A stretch of DNA of 55,959 nt, taken from the NCBI GenBank assembly GCA_902803375.1, contig CADCPN010000060.1, positions 1 to 55,959 of the forward strand. The letters are read 5' to 3'. Positions 46,909-55,959 of the stretch are shown here, piece by piece. A model generated the notes under the pieces. The model was not told the DNA's origin and made no database searches. It saw nothing but the letters and a program-made list of their open reading frames with translations. A program made the position numbers and the translations under genes. The stretch's first letter is position 1. Every line of letters starts with the position of its first letter. Source of the DNA: an uncultured Erysipelotrichaceae bacterium. GTDB taxonomy: Bacteria; Bacillota_I; Bacilli_A; RFN20; CAG-826.

Positions 46909-48110
46909 ATAAGTTCTATTCCTTTTCTTGCAGACTCTACCAAAGAGCCCTCTACCTCGCTTCGTTCTTTTTGCATTTCCATGAGCCAAAACTTCTCTCT
47001 GGGCTAGATTGCTCATTGGAGTTGCCGAAGCTTATCAAAAAGCAAGGCCAGCTCCATCCCTTGCTCATCACCGATAAAGGCCTATATGACCTAGGCCTAA
47101 CCAAGAAGATATCCGAGGCGTTTCTAAAAGAAAACGTAAGCCTAAGCATCTTCCCGGGCGCGGTGCCAAATCCCACGTTTGAGTGCGTGGATGAAGCCTA
47201 TGAAGTCTATGAAAACGATAACTGCGACTGCGTGATCGCCTTAGGCGGTGGCTCCTCGATGGATGCCGGCAAAGCCCTTCTTATCCGCATTGCCTATCCT
47301 AACCGCAAATTATCGAAGTTTAAGGGAATCCTGAAGGTCCATCGCAAGCTTCGCCCTCTCTATGCGATTCCCACTACCGCCGGCACAGGCAGCGAAGCCA
47401 CGCTCGCCGCGGTGCTTGTCGATAAGACTAACAAGGATAAGTTCCAAATCGATGACCCCAAGCTCATCCCTAGCTATGCTATCCTTGATCCTAGCTATCT
47501 CACCGCGCTTCCCCGTAAGGTCATCGCCTCTACCGGCATGGACGCCCTCACCCACGCGGTGGAATCCTATATCGGCAGATCCTCGACCAAAAAAAGCAAA
47601 GCCTATGCCCTGCAGGCAACTAGCCTCATCTTCGAGAACCTAGAGGAGTTCTACGAAGAGCCAAGCAATGGCATCTATGCCTCCAACATGCAGCTTGCCT
47701 CCTATAAGGCAGGCGTCAGCTTCTCTAGAGCCTACGTTGGATATGTCCATGCCTTAGCCCATTCTCTTGGCGGCTTCTATAACGTGCCCCATGGCCTAGC
47801 CAATGCCGTGCTGTTGCCCATTGTCCTAGAAGCCTATGGCAAAGCCGCCTATAAGCCGTTATCGGAATTAGCCAAAGCGGCAGGGCTAAAAGGCGAAAGC
47901 AAAGAAAAGCTAGCCAAAGCCTTCATCGAAGAGATAAGGCTATTGAATGCCAGGATGGGCATTCCCAATAAACTCAACGTGAGCCTGGAGCAAGGCGACT
48001 TGCGCAAACTGGCCCTACATGCGGATAAGGAGGGCAATCCTTTCTATCCGGTTCCCAAAGAATTCAATGTCGATGAGCTAGAAAGCATTTTAAAGGAGGC
48101 ACTTTCATGA
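46905..48110 (+). CDS. iron-containing alcohol dehydrogenase
   Basis: GGGSSMD, PTTAGTGSE, GMDALTHAVE, HALAH, HGLAN. Confidence 0.94.
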   Translation: MNKFYSFSCRLYQRALYLASFFLHFHEPKLLSGLDCSLELPKLIKKQGQLHPLLITDKGLYDLGLTKKISEAFLKENVSLSIFPGAVPNPTFECVDEAYEVYENDNCDCVIALGGGSSMDAGKALLIRIAYPNRKLSKFKGILKVHRKLRPLYAIPTTAGTGSEATLAAVLVDKTNKDKFQIDDPKLIPSYAILDPSYLTALPRKVIASTGMDALTHAVESYIGRSSTKKSKAYALQATSLIFENLEEFYEEPSNGIYASNMQLASYKAGVSFSRAYVGYVHALAHSLGGFYNVPHGLANAVLLPIVLEAYGKAAYKPLSELAKAAGLKGESKEKLAKAFIEEIRLLNARMGIPNKLNVSLEQGDLRKLALHADKEGNPFYPVPKEFNVDELESILKEALS

Positions 48111-49102
48111 ATGTCGAATATACGAATGTCGCAGGTGCGGAGCTAATCATCCTCACCAACAAGGCGGGCCTAAGCGTCACCTTATCTGACCTCGGCGCCG
48201 GCATCAGGGACATCACCTATATGGGCGTGTCCATGATGGTCACCCCGAAAGACCCCGAGGTCTACCTTGGCCATAACGGCGGCTACTATGGCAAGTCCAT
48301 CGGCCCGGTGGCGGGGCGCATCCAAAATGGCGTCTATTCTGTTAATGGCAAGCGCTATGCCTTCCCCGCCAACGAAGGCAGCAATTGCCTCCATGGCTCG
48401 GTGATGGACTATTCGCTGCGCAAGTTCAAGATGGAGCTTTGCCGCCAGGAGAACGGCACCTCCGTCGTCTTCTCCCTTCATGATGAGGCCGTCGAAGGGG
48501 TCTACCCGGCAGAGGTCTCCGTCGTTATCCGCTATAAGCTACTGGAAGAAGAGCCGGTGCTTAAGCTTAGGCAGCTTGCTTCTCCAAGTGTCGATGCCCC
48601 GCTTAACCTCTCTAACCATTCCTATTGGAACCCTGGTGCCCTAGACACGATCCTTGATGACACGCTGTTTCTGAAATCTAGCCGTGCCATGTCCTATAGC
48701 CTAGACCTTATCCCACAGGGGCTAATTCCCGTGAGCAAAGCCCTCGACTTCCGTACCCCCCATAAAGTCGGCGATTACATCAACGAGGAAGAGCTTCATA
48801 AGACCAGAACCAACGGCTACGACCATTGCTTTGCCATCGATGAGCATAAGAAAGACGAGGCCATCCTCCGCTTAGAGGGTTCTAGCTTCGGCATGGAGAT
48901 ATTTACCGACGCCCCGGCCCTTCAGATCTATAGCCTTAACTATCCTCACGATAACTTCCCTCTCTCTAATGGCAAAGTAGAGAAGCAGAACTCCGGCCTT
49001 GCCATTGAGCCAGTCAAAGTCGCGGGCCCTGCCGAGAGCTTCATCGTCAAAGGCAAAGGGGAATTCCTCTATCACACCACCTATCGCTTCTATAAGAAGT
49101 AA
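48107..49102 (+). CDS. galM: aldose 1-epimerase (galactose mutarotase)
   Basis: GPVAGRI, NEGSNCLHG, NLSNHSYWN, GYDHCF, LAIEP. Confidence 0.9.
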   Translation: MNVEYTNVAGAELIILTNKAGLSVTLSDLGAGIRDITYMGVSMMVTPKDPEVYLGHNGGYYGKSIGPVAGRIQNGVYSVNGKRYAFPANEGSNCLHGSVMDYSLRKFKMELCRQENGTSVVFSLHDEAVEGVYPAEVSVVIRYKLLEEEPVLKLRQLASPSVDAPLNLSNHSYWNPGALDTILDDTLFLKSSRAMSYSLDLIPQGLIPVSKALDFRTPHKVGDYINEEELHKTRTNGYDHCFAIDEHKKDEAILRLEGSSFGMEIFTDAPALQIYSLNYPHDNFPLSNGKVEKQNSGLAIEPVKVAGPAESFIVKGKGEFLYHTTYRFYKK

Positions 49103-49136
49103 CTGCCCTATACCCCACAGAGGAAAACGCAAAAAT

Positions 49137-50639
49137 ATGGATACCAACCTCATCAAAGCTGATTTAGCAAGACTTCTAGAATACGCGAAGCTTCACCTAG
49201 ACCTAGACGAAGAAGACGCGACCTACGTCAATAACCTCCTTCTTAAGGACCTTTGCCTCGACGCCCCCTATGAAGGGGAGGTGAAGACCTCTGATCTAGC
49301 CTCTCTTCTCGTCCCAGATACCCTATTAGAGAACTTTGTCCCCTATATGGTCGAGAACCTTGGGATGAAGCAAAAGAAGGCCGAAAGGGAACTTGTCTAT
49401 ATCCTAGGCTTGCTCACCCCGATGCCCTCTAAGGTCAACAAGACCTTCTTTTCTCTCCGCGACAAAGACCCGAAGATGGCCACCGATTATTTCTATAACC
49501 TCTGCCTGAAGAACCAATACGTCTTCAAGACCAAGATCGATAAGAACCTGCTCTTCACCGCCCATTATGAGGATGGACCAGACCTAGACATCTCGATCAA
49601 CCTCTCTAAGCCGGAGAAGAACAACAAAGACATCGCTAAGCTTGCCGATGCCAAATCTAGCGGCTACCCCGCTTGCCTTCTTTGCCACGAAAACCTCGGC
49701 TATGAAGGGAGGGATAACCATCCGGCAAGAGAGAATATCCGCCTTATCCCGTTAACTCTAGGCCAAGAGAAGTGGTACCTCCAATATAGCCCCTATGGCT
49801 ATTTCAAGGAGCACTGCATCCTTCTTTCGTCCAAGCACGAGAAGATGAGTATCAACAAGACCAACCTGTCTCACCTATTTGAGTTTGTTGACCTCTTCCC
49901 CCATTATTTCATCGGCTCCAATTCCGACCTCCCCATCGTTGGCGGCTCCATCCTTAACCACGAGCACTTCCAGGGCGGCCTTGCTGAGATGCCGGTCATG
50001 AAAAGCCTCGTCAAAAAGCTCGTCGCCCACGAAAAGTTCCCCCACACCACCCTCTCCATTTTGGATTTCTATGACACCGTCTTGCGCCTTGATGGCCTAG
50101 ATAAGAAGGAAATGCTAGAGTTTGCCTGCGCCATCGTCGACGCTTGGAAGCATTATGATGACCCTAGCTGCGACATCATCTCTAGCGATGAAAATGGCCA
50201 GCATAGCACGGTCACCCCACTGCTTAGGAAACGGGGCGACAGCTACCAGATGTTCATCATCCTCCGCAACAACCGCTGCGACGCCACCTACCCCGATGGC
50301 ATCTTCCACGCCCACCCCGAATACGCCCACATCAAGCATGAGGGCATCGGCCTCATCGAAGCGGCGGGGCTCTTCATCCTTCCAGCCAGGCTTCTTCGCC
50401 AGGGCAAGGAAGTCAGCGAGATCGTGAAGAAGGGAATTCCTAAGGAAGAATACCTCAAGATGGACGAAGGGCTTGATATCTTCGACGACATGGTGAAGAA
50501 GATGAAAGAAAATGGCTGGTCCGCCAACGACTACTATGGCTACGTCTGCCAGAACATCCTCCGCAACGTCGCGGTCTATAAAAACGATAAGAAAGGCGAA
50601 GAAGGCCTTGATGCCTTCCTTAGGAGTGTGAACCTATGA
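49137..50639 (+). CDS. galT: galactose-1-phosphate uridylyltransferase (class II)
   Basis: INLSKPEK, YPACLLCHEN, QYSPY, SDLPIVGGSILNHEHFQGG, HIKHEGIGLIE. Start ATG 49137. Confidence 0.93.
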   Translation: MDTNLIKADLARLLEYAKLHLDLDEEDATYVNNLLLKDLCLDAPYEGEVKTSDLASLLVPDTLLENFVPYMVENLGMKQKKAERELVYILGLLTPMPSKVNKTFFSLRDKDPKMATDYFYNLCLKNQYVFKTKIDKNLLFTAHYEDGPDLDISINLSKPEKNNKDIAKLADAKSSGYPACLLCHENLGYEGRDNHPARENIRLIPLTLGQEKWYLQYSPYGYFKEHCILLSSKHEKMSINKTNLSHLFEFVDLFPHYFIGSNSDLPIVGGSILNHEHFQGGLAEMPVMKSLVKKLVAHEKFPHTTLSILDFYDTVLRLDGLDKKEMLEFACAIVDAWKHYDDPSCDIISSDENGQHSTVTPLLRKRGDSYQMFIILRNNRCDATYPDGIFHAHPEYAHIKHEGIGLIEAAGLFILPARLLRQGKEVSEIVKKGIPKEEYLKMDEGLDIFDDMVKKMKENGWSANDYYGYVCQNILRNVAVYKNDKKGEEGLDAFLRSVNL

Positions 50640-51802
50640 TCCTCGATTCCAAAAGCAGCGATTTATTCTTCCATACCTATGGCGATGACCCCGAAAGGGT
50701 CTACTTTAGCCATGGTAGGCTAGAACTCCTCGGCAACCATACCGACCATAACCATGGCCTTTGCCTCGTCGGCGGCGTCGATATGGGCATCACCGCCTCC
50801 GTCAAAAAGAGTGAGGGCAAAACCATTATGATCCTCAGCGAAGGCTATCCGACTTTCGAAGTCGACCTCGATCACCTAGAGATCGACAAGAAGGAGTATG
50901 GCACCTCTAAGGCCATCGTCAAAGGCGTCTGCTTCCGCCTTAAAGAGCTAGGCTACGCCATCGGCGGCTTCCAGGCCGCCTGCGCCTCCGATATCTTCCC
51001 GGGCGCTGGCGTCTCCTCTTCCGCGGCCTATGAATCTTTGATCATCGAGATCCTCAATGACCTTTATAACGAAGGCAAGATCACCCCGCTAGAGATGGCG
51101 AAAATCGGCCAGTATGCCGAAAACGTCTATTTCGGCAAGCCTAGCGGCCTCCTTGACCAGGTCGGCTCCAGCTTCGGTGGCGTCTGCTATATCGACTTCA
51201 AGTCCACGCAGTCCCCGATTGTCGAATCGCTTCCCTATGACTTCCCCTTCCGCGTCGTCTTGGTGAACTCTGGCGGCAGCCATGCCAAACTCACCCCGCT
51301 TTATGCCTCCATCCCCAATGACATGTATGCCGTCGCCGCCAACATGTTTGGCAAGAAGGTGCTGCGCGAGGTTCCCCAAGAGGAGTTCATGCGCAAAATC
51401 GGCACCCCCTGCCCGGGAGTGAGCGAAATCGCAAAGCTACGCGCCCAGCATTTCTATGATGAGAACGCCCGTGTCCTAAAGGCGCGACAGGCCATCATCA
51501 ATCATGACCAGAATAGCTTCCTTCTCTCGGTCAGCGAGTCAGGCGATTCTAGCCGCGACTTCCTTCATAACACGATGGTCCCTGGGCAATATGAGCATTC
51601 CCCGCAGCAAGCCGTCGATATTGCTAGGCGCTACATTGGCAAAGGCGCGGTCCGCATCATGGGCGGCGGCTTTGCCGGCAGCATCATTGCCTTTGTCTAT
51701 CCGACCGATTTCGATGCCTTTATGGCGGAGATGATCGGCCATTATGGCAAAAAGAACGTCAAAGAGGTCAAGATCCTCTCTGGCGGGCCTAGAAGAATCT
51801 GA
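50636..51802 (+). CDS. galK: galactokinase
   Basis: GRLELLGNHTDHN, PGAGVSSSAA, GKPSGLLDQ, MGGGFAG. Confidence 0.93.
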   Translation: MILDSKSSDLFFHTYGDDPERVYFSHGRLELLGNHTDHNHGLCLVGGVDMGITASVKKSEGKTIMILSEGYPTFEVDLDHLEIDKKEYGTSKAIVKGVCFRLKELGYAIGGFQAACASDIFPGAGVSSSAAYESLIIEILNDLYNEGKITPLEMAKIGQYAENVYFGKPSGLLDQVGSSFGGVCYIDFKSTQSPIVESLPYDFPFRVVLVNSGGSHAKLTPLYASIPNDMYAVAANMFGKKVLREVPQEEFMRKIGTPCPGVSEIAKLRAQHFYDENARVLKARQAIINHDQNSFLLSVSESGDSSRDFLHNTMVPGQYEHSPQQAVDIARRYIGKGAVRIMGGGFAGSIIAFVYPTDFDAFMAEMIGHYGKKNVKEVKILSGGPRRI

Positions 51803-51812
51803 CTAGTAGAAA

Positions 51813-52760
51813 ATGATCTCAATAAGGAAAGGAGGGGAAGATTTCATGATGGCTTTTGCCCGCGTTGGCGTATCCATGTTCAATTTCTATTACTTCCTTT
51901 TCCTTTTTCTTTTGCTCACGACCTTCTTTATCTCTGTCGCAGTAGCTCACCGCATGGGAAAAGGATGGACGTGGCGGTTTTTGCTCATCATGAGCTGGAG
52001 CAACTTCATCCTCCATTTCGTTAAGCAATTGGCCCCAAGCTACATGAGGCTATGGCCGAGCGTGCTTGTGAAAAGCACTGCGCAGAACCTCTGCGCTTTG
52101 CTCATCATGGCCTCGCCATTCATCATTCTTTGGGGAGGGAAGTGGCTAAAAGACTACATGTACTACGTTGGCATCCTTAGCGCCCTTATGGCGACTTTGG
52201 TGCCTACTGGACCCTTAGCGGAAGACATGACGACCATCGATGGCTTCCTCGAGACCATGAGGTATTACATCTGCCATGTGCCTTTATTGATTCAAGGCTT
52301 CTTGCTGGTGGATATGGGCTTCCATAAGCTGGACCACCGCCGCCTCTGGGCCATCCCTATTATGTTCATGGCGGCGGAAGGCATTATCTTCCTCGATACC
52401 ACCCTCATGAACTACCTTTGCCATAATTTCCCCTGGGAAGCTTGGCTAGATAGGGCCAATGGCTGGATGAACGCCGGCTTTGCCTTAGGCCCCTCCCCAA
52501 GCTTCGACAAGGCCTTAAGTTGGATCTATCCCTACCTTGTTCCCTATTTGCAGACTTATAGGAATGCGCAGGGTGAGCTACTATTCACCCCTATCCTTTA
52601 CCTTTCCATTCCTCTATATATCGCTACGGCCATATTCGGGCCGCTTATGTGCTATCCCTTCTCCAAAAACGATATGAGGATGGATGCGGAGATGCATAGG
52701 CAACTTCGCGCCATGAAGAAAGAAGAGAAGAAAAAAGCCAAGCAACTTGGCATCTATTAA
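51813..52760 (+). CDS. YwaF/TMEM164-like integral membrane protein
   Basis: Multi-TM with NLCA and RYYICH motifs; start uncertain (51813 or about 51847). Confidence 0.6.
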   Translation: MISIRKGGEDFMMAFARVGVSMFNFYYFLFLFLLLTTFFISVAVAHRMGKGWTWRFLLIMSWSNFILHFVKQLAPSYMRLWPSVLVKSTAQNLCALLIMASPFIILWGGKWLKDYMYYVGILSALMATLVPTGPLAEDMTTIDGFLETMRYYICHVPLLIQGFLLVDMGFHKLDHRRLWAIPIMFMAAEGIIFLDTTLMNYLCHNFPWEAWLDRANGWMNAGFALGPSPSFDKALSWIYPYLVPYLQTYRNAQGELLFTPILYLSIPLYIATAIFGPLMCYPFSKNDMRMDAEMHRQLRAMKKEEKKKAKQLGIY

Positions 52761-53048
52761 AGTAGCCAATTCCACTTGCATATAGAATAAGGAAACGCCT
52801 TCCTCTTTTCTAGCGCTAGATAAGATAAAAGGGTGGAAAACCCTCATCGAAATCGTTTAAGAGCCCACAGTAACCGCTTGCATAAAAGGATTGACGTGAA
52901 TCTACCCATTGCTATGGTTGACGTTTTTGCTGCTACGTCGCGTTAAGAAATGGCTAAATATCGATATTTTTTGAAGCGTTATCCTTAACCTTGCGAAATC
53001 CAATTGTGATATGATTTTGCCGATCACCGAAATGGAGAACTTTTGAAT

Positions 53049-54533
53049 ATGGAAATGTCTAAACTCGGTGGCGTCTTGCTTCCCGTCGCCTCGCTTCCTG
53101 GCGATTATGGCGTCGGCGACTTCGGCAAGCATGCCTATGAATTCGTGGATGCCCTCGCCTCCGCCGGCTTCAAGCTTTGGCAGATTCTGCCGCTTAACCC
53201 GCTAGGCTATGGCCACTCCCCTTATCAGCCCTATAGCTCCTTCGCCATGGATGAGCTCTATGCCGACCTTGGCGACCTGCAGAAGAAGCACTATATTCGC
53301 CGCCGCGCCAAGTGGAACGCGGAAGCCAAAGCCATCGACTACGAAAGGGCCCGTGAGTTCCGCAACCCGATCCTACACGAAGCCTTCGAGACCCAGATGA
53401 AGAAGAATCCGCGCTGCCTCAATTCCTTCATCGAGGAGAACCCGTGGGTCTTAGACTGGGCCGCTTACATGATGTTCAAGCGCCGCTACCCCTCTTCTTG
53501 GGACTCCTGGCCAGAAGAGGCCAAATCTTGGATCAAGGATAGGCCAAGTATCGCCAGGAAGGATTCCCGCGCCTATAAATATGAGATCTGGCTGCAGATG
53601 ACTCTTTATCGGCAATGGGATGCCTTGCATAAGTATGCTAACTCCAAAGGCATCGAGATCATCGGCGACATCCCCTTCTACGTCGGCTTTGACTCATGCG
53701 ACGTCTGGGCAAACCAGGATTGCTTCCTTCTTGATCTGGAGTCTCGTCGCCCAAGCTTCGTCGCCGGCGTGCCGCCCGATTATTTCTCTGCGACCGGCCA
53801 AAGATGGGGCAACCCGATCTATGACTGGAAGCATTTAGAGGATACCGACTTCCGGTTCATCGAAGACCGCATCGCCAAGAACGCGAAGATCTATGACATC
53901 ATCCGCCTCGATCACTTCCGCGCCTTCGATACCTATTGGAAGGTTCCTTCTTCCTGCCCGACCGCCATTGAAGGCGCTTGGATCGAAGCCCCGGGCTATG
54001 CCCTCTTCGATTCCCTTTTTGCTAAGTATCCGCAGCTGCAGAAGCGCATCATCGCCGAAGACCTCGGCGACCTCCGCCCCGAAGTCCTCACCCTTCGCGA
54101 CCATTATCACTTCCCTGGCATGAACGTCGTCGAGTTCACCTTCCATGACGATGCCATTGAGCATAAGTCAGGCTATGAAGGCTATAACTCCGTCGTCTAC
54201 CTAGGCACCCATGATAACGACACCATGACCCATTACCTCGAGTCTCTTCCTGAGGGAGAAAGAAGGAATTGGGAAAACGCCATCGATAGCTTTGGCTATA
54301 ACGACGACATCTCCCTTACCGACAAATTCATCCACTTTGCCCTTGCTAAACCCGCCAAATATTCCATCCTTACCGTCCAGGATATCCTAAATCTCGGCGC
54401 GGAAGGGCGAATCAACGTCCCCGGCATCGTCGATACCGTCAACTGGACCTATAAGATGGATGACCTTAAGTCCTTTAAGGAAAGGGTCGTTTATCTCCGT
54501 CATCTCCTTAAGGCTACCGGGAGAGCCAAATGA
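53049..54533 (+). CDS. malQ: 4-alpha-glucanotransferase (amylomaltase, GH77)
   Basis: GVLLPVASLP, WQILPLNP, SPYQ, GDIPFYV, GVPPDYFSATGQRWGNP, RLDHFR, IAEDLG, GTHDNDT. Confidence 0.96.
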   Translation: MEMSKLGGVLLPVASLPGDYGVGDFGKHAYEFVDALASAGFKLWQILPLNPLGYGHSPYQPYSSFAMDELYADLGDLQKKHYIRRRAKWNAEAKAIDYERAREFRNPILHEAFETQMKKNPRCLNSFIEENPWVLDWAAYMMFKRRYPSSWDSWPEEAKSWIKDRPSIARKDSRAYKYEIWLQMTLYRQWDALHKYANSKGIEIIGDIPFYVGFDSCDVWANQDCFLLDLESRRPSFVAGVPPDYFSATGQRWGNPIYDWKHLEDTDFRFIEDRIAKNAKIYDIIRLDHFRAFDTYWKVPSSCPTAIEGAWIEAPGYALFDSLFAKYPQLQKRIIAEDLGDLRPEVLTLRDHYHFPGMNVVEFTFHDDAIEHKSGYEGYNSVVYLGTHDNDTMTHYLESLPEGERRNWENAIDSFGYNDDISLTDKFIHFALAKPAKYSILTVQDILNLGAEGRINVPGIVDTVNWTYKMDDLKSFKERVVYLRHLLKATGRAK

Positions 54534-55825
54534 AGCGCATCGGCTTAGTTTCGTTAGGCTGCGCGAAGAACCTTGTGGACTCGGAAGAAATCCTCGCGAT
54601 GTTCCCCCGCGACCGCTTCGTCCTCACCAATAACCCCTCCGAGGCTGACTTAATCATCGTCAACACCTGCGGCTTCATCGAAGCGGCGAAGAAGGAGTCG
54701 ATACAGACTATCCTTGAGATGGCCCAATATGACGCCAAGCTCGTCGTTGTCGGCTGTCTTGCCCAGCGTTATTACGAGCAGCTCGTCAAAGAGATCCCCG
54801 AAGCCGACCTCATCGTGCCGATCAAGGATTACAAAGAGCTTGCCTCCCGCCTAGAAGAGCTTCTTGGCGAGAAGGGCATCTCCCCGCTTAACCCGCTTAG
54901 CCGCGTCGTCTCCACCGCCTCTTACTCCGCCTACCTTCGCATCTCCGAAGGCTGCAATAACTTCTGCGCTTTCTGCGCGATCCCCTTTATCCGCGGCAGA
55001 TTCGTCTCTCGCCCCTACGAGGAGATTCTAGAAGAGGCTAGGCTCCTTAAGGCCAAGGGCGTTAAGGAAATCTCCCTCATCTCCCAAGACACCACGATCT
55101 ATGGTAGCGACTTCCCTAATAAGAAGCCCAACATCGTCGACCTTCTAAAAGGATTAGAGGACATCGGATTCTATTCGATCCGCCTCCTCTACCTATATCC
55201 TTCTGAGATCTCCGATGAGCTTATCGACTATATCGCCGCCTCAAAGTCTGTTGCCCATTATTTCGATATCCCCGTCCAGTCCGCCTCTGATCACCTCCTC
55301 ACTTTGATGAAAAGGCACGCCGATGCGGCGAAGACCATCGATCTCTTTAAGAAGATTAGGCGGAAGTGCCCGGATGCGATTCTACGCACTACCCTCATCG
55401 CTGGCTTCCCTGGCGAAAAGATAGAGGACCAGGAGATCACCAAGAAGTTCCTGGAGGAAGTGAAGTTCGACCATATGGGCTGCTTCACCTATTCTAGGGA
55501 AGAAGGCACCGCTGGCTATAACCTCCCCGACCAAGTCGATGAGGAAACCAAGGCCAAGCGCCGCGATGAGCTGATGGCGATTCAGCGCAAGATCTCCTAT
55601 AACCTCAATAAGGGCCAGATCGGCAAGACCTTCGAAGGGCTTGTCGTCGGCAAAGGAAAGAAGAAGGGCGAATACATGCTTCGAAGCGTCTGGAACGCTC
55701 CGGATGACATCGATGGCGCCATCTACTTCAAAGCCAATAAGGAGCTTACTGAAGGCGATATCGTGAAAGTAAAGATCACCGACGCCTTCGTCTATGACCT
55801 TAGCGGCGAGTTAGTCGAAGACTGA
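54530..55825 (+). CDS. rimO: ribosomal protein S12 methylthiotransferase
   Basis: SLGCAKNLVDSE, NTCGFIE, EGCNNFCAFCAIP, APDDIDG, C-terminal TRAM domain. Confidence 0.96.
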   Translation: MKRIGLVSLGCAKNLVDSEEILAMFPRDRFVLTNNPSEADLIIVNTCGFIEAAKKESIQTILEMAQYDAKLVVVGCLAQRYYEQLVKEIPEADLIVPIKDYKELASRLEELLGEKGISPLNPLSRVVSTASYSAYLRISEGCNNFCAFCAIPFIRGRFVSRPYEEILEEARLLKAKGVKEISLISQDTTIYGSDFPNKKPNIVDLLKGLEDIGFYSIRLLYLYPSEISDELIDYIAASKSVAHYFDIPVQSASDHLLTLMKRHADAAKTIDLFKKIRRKCPDAILRTTLIAGFPGEKIEDQEITKKFLEEVKFDHMGCFTYSREEGTAGYNLPDQVDEETKAKRRDELMAIQRKISYNLNKGQIGKTFEGLVVGKGKKKGEYMLRSVWNAPDDIDGAIYFKANKELTEGDIVKVKITDAFVYDLSGELVED

Positions 55826-55837
55826 TCTTAACCAATA

Positions 55838-55870
55838 AGCGCCCACGAACTGGATTCGTGGGCGCTTTTT
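55838..55870 (+). terminator. intrinsic terminator after rimO
   Basis: AAGCGCCCACGAA-CTGGA-TTCGTGGGCGCTT followed by TTT. Confidence 0.85.
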
Positions 55871-55959
55871 ACTATTGACTAGGAAATTGTATTTAACCTC
55901 CCCCATAAGAAAACCGGCCTCCCTGGGCCGGCTTGGGACTGCTCTTACTCCGGTTTGTA

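Noticed and set aside
1-55959. CRISPR array, tRNA/rRNA, IS elements or integrase
   Set aside because: No regularly spaced direct repeats, cloverleaf or rRNA signatures, or transposase/integrase motifs were seen. The only long repeats are intragenic.

Overview
Chromosomal segment of a moderately GC-rich bacterium using genetic code 11. Gene content suggests an anaerobic Firmicute/Bacilli-type organism (inference). The flanks are metabolic or housekeeping: a THF riboswitch-led folate ECF S-component operon ending in xth, an Fe-S flavo-oxidoreductase with hypA, a carboxyspermidine operon (CASDH, nspC, asd, aspartokinase) behind a long structured leader, a ytrABC-like module, a CDF transporter, galM-galT-galK, malQ and rimO. 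The centre (about 19.0-43.5 kb) is an unusual locus with two c-di-GMP-I (GEMM) riboswitches. The minus-strand operon reads: riboswitch, two fibre-subunit-like proteins, a membrane-anchored McrB-like AAA+ NTPase, a DUF2357 (McrC-N-like) protein that has a coiled coil and 4 repeats but no visible nuclease domain, a SipW-type signal peptidase, an intact EAL phosphodiesterase, a degenerate MTA/SAH-nucleosidase-fold protein and a degenerate GGDEF-GAF-GGDEF-EAL membrane protein. Divergently transcribed genes encode further SipW-type ('T-x-A-W-F') secreted subunits, one pseudogenised paralogue and a 1295-aa adhesin-like protein. The best reading is a cyclic-dinucleotide-controlled, SipW-processed surface-fibre system that has co-opted an McrBC-type motor. 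No rRNA, tRNA, CRISPR array or transposase was seen.
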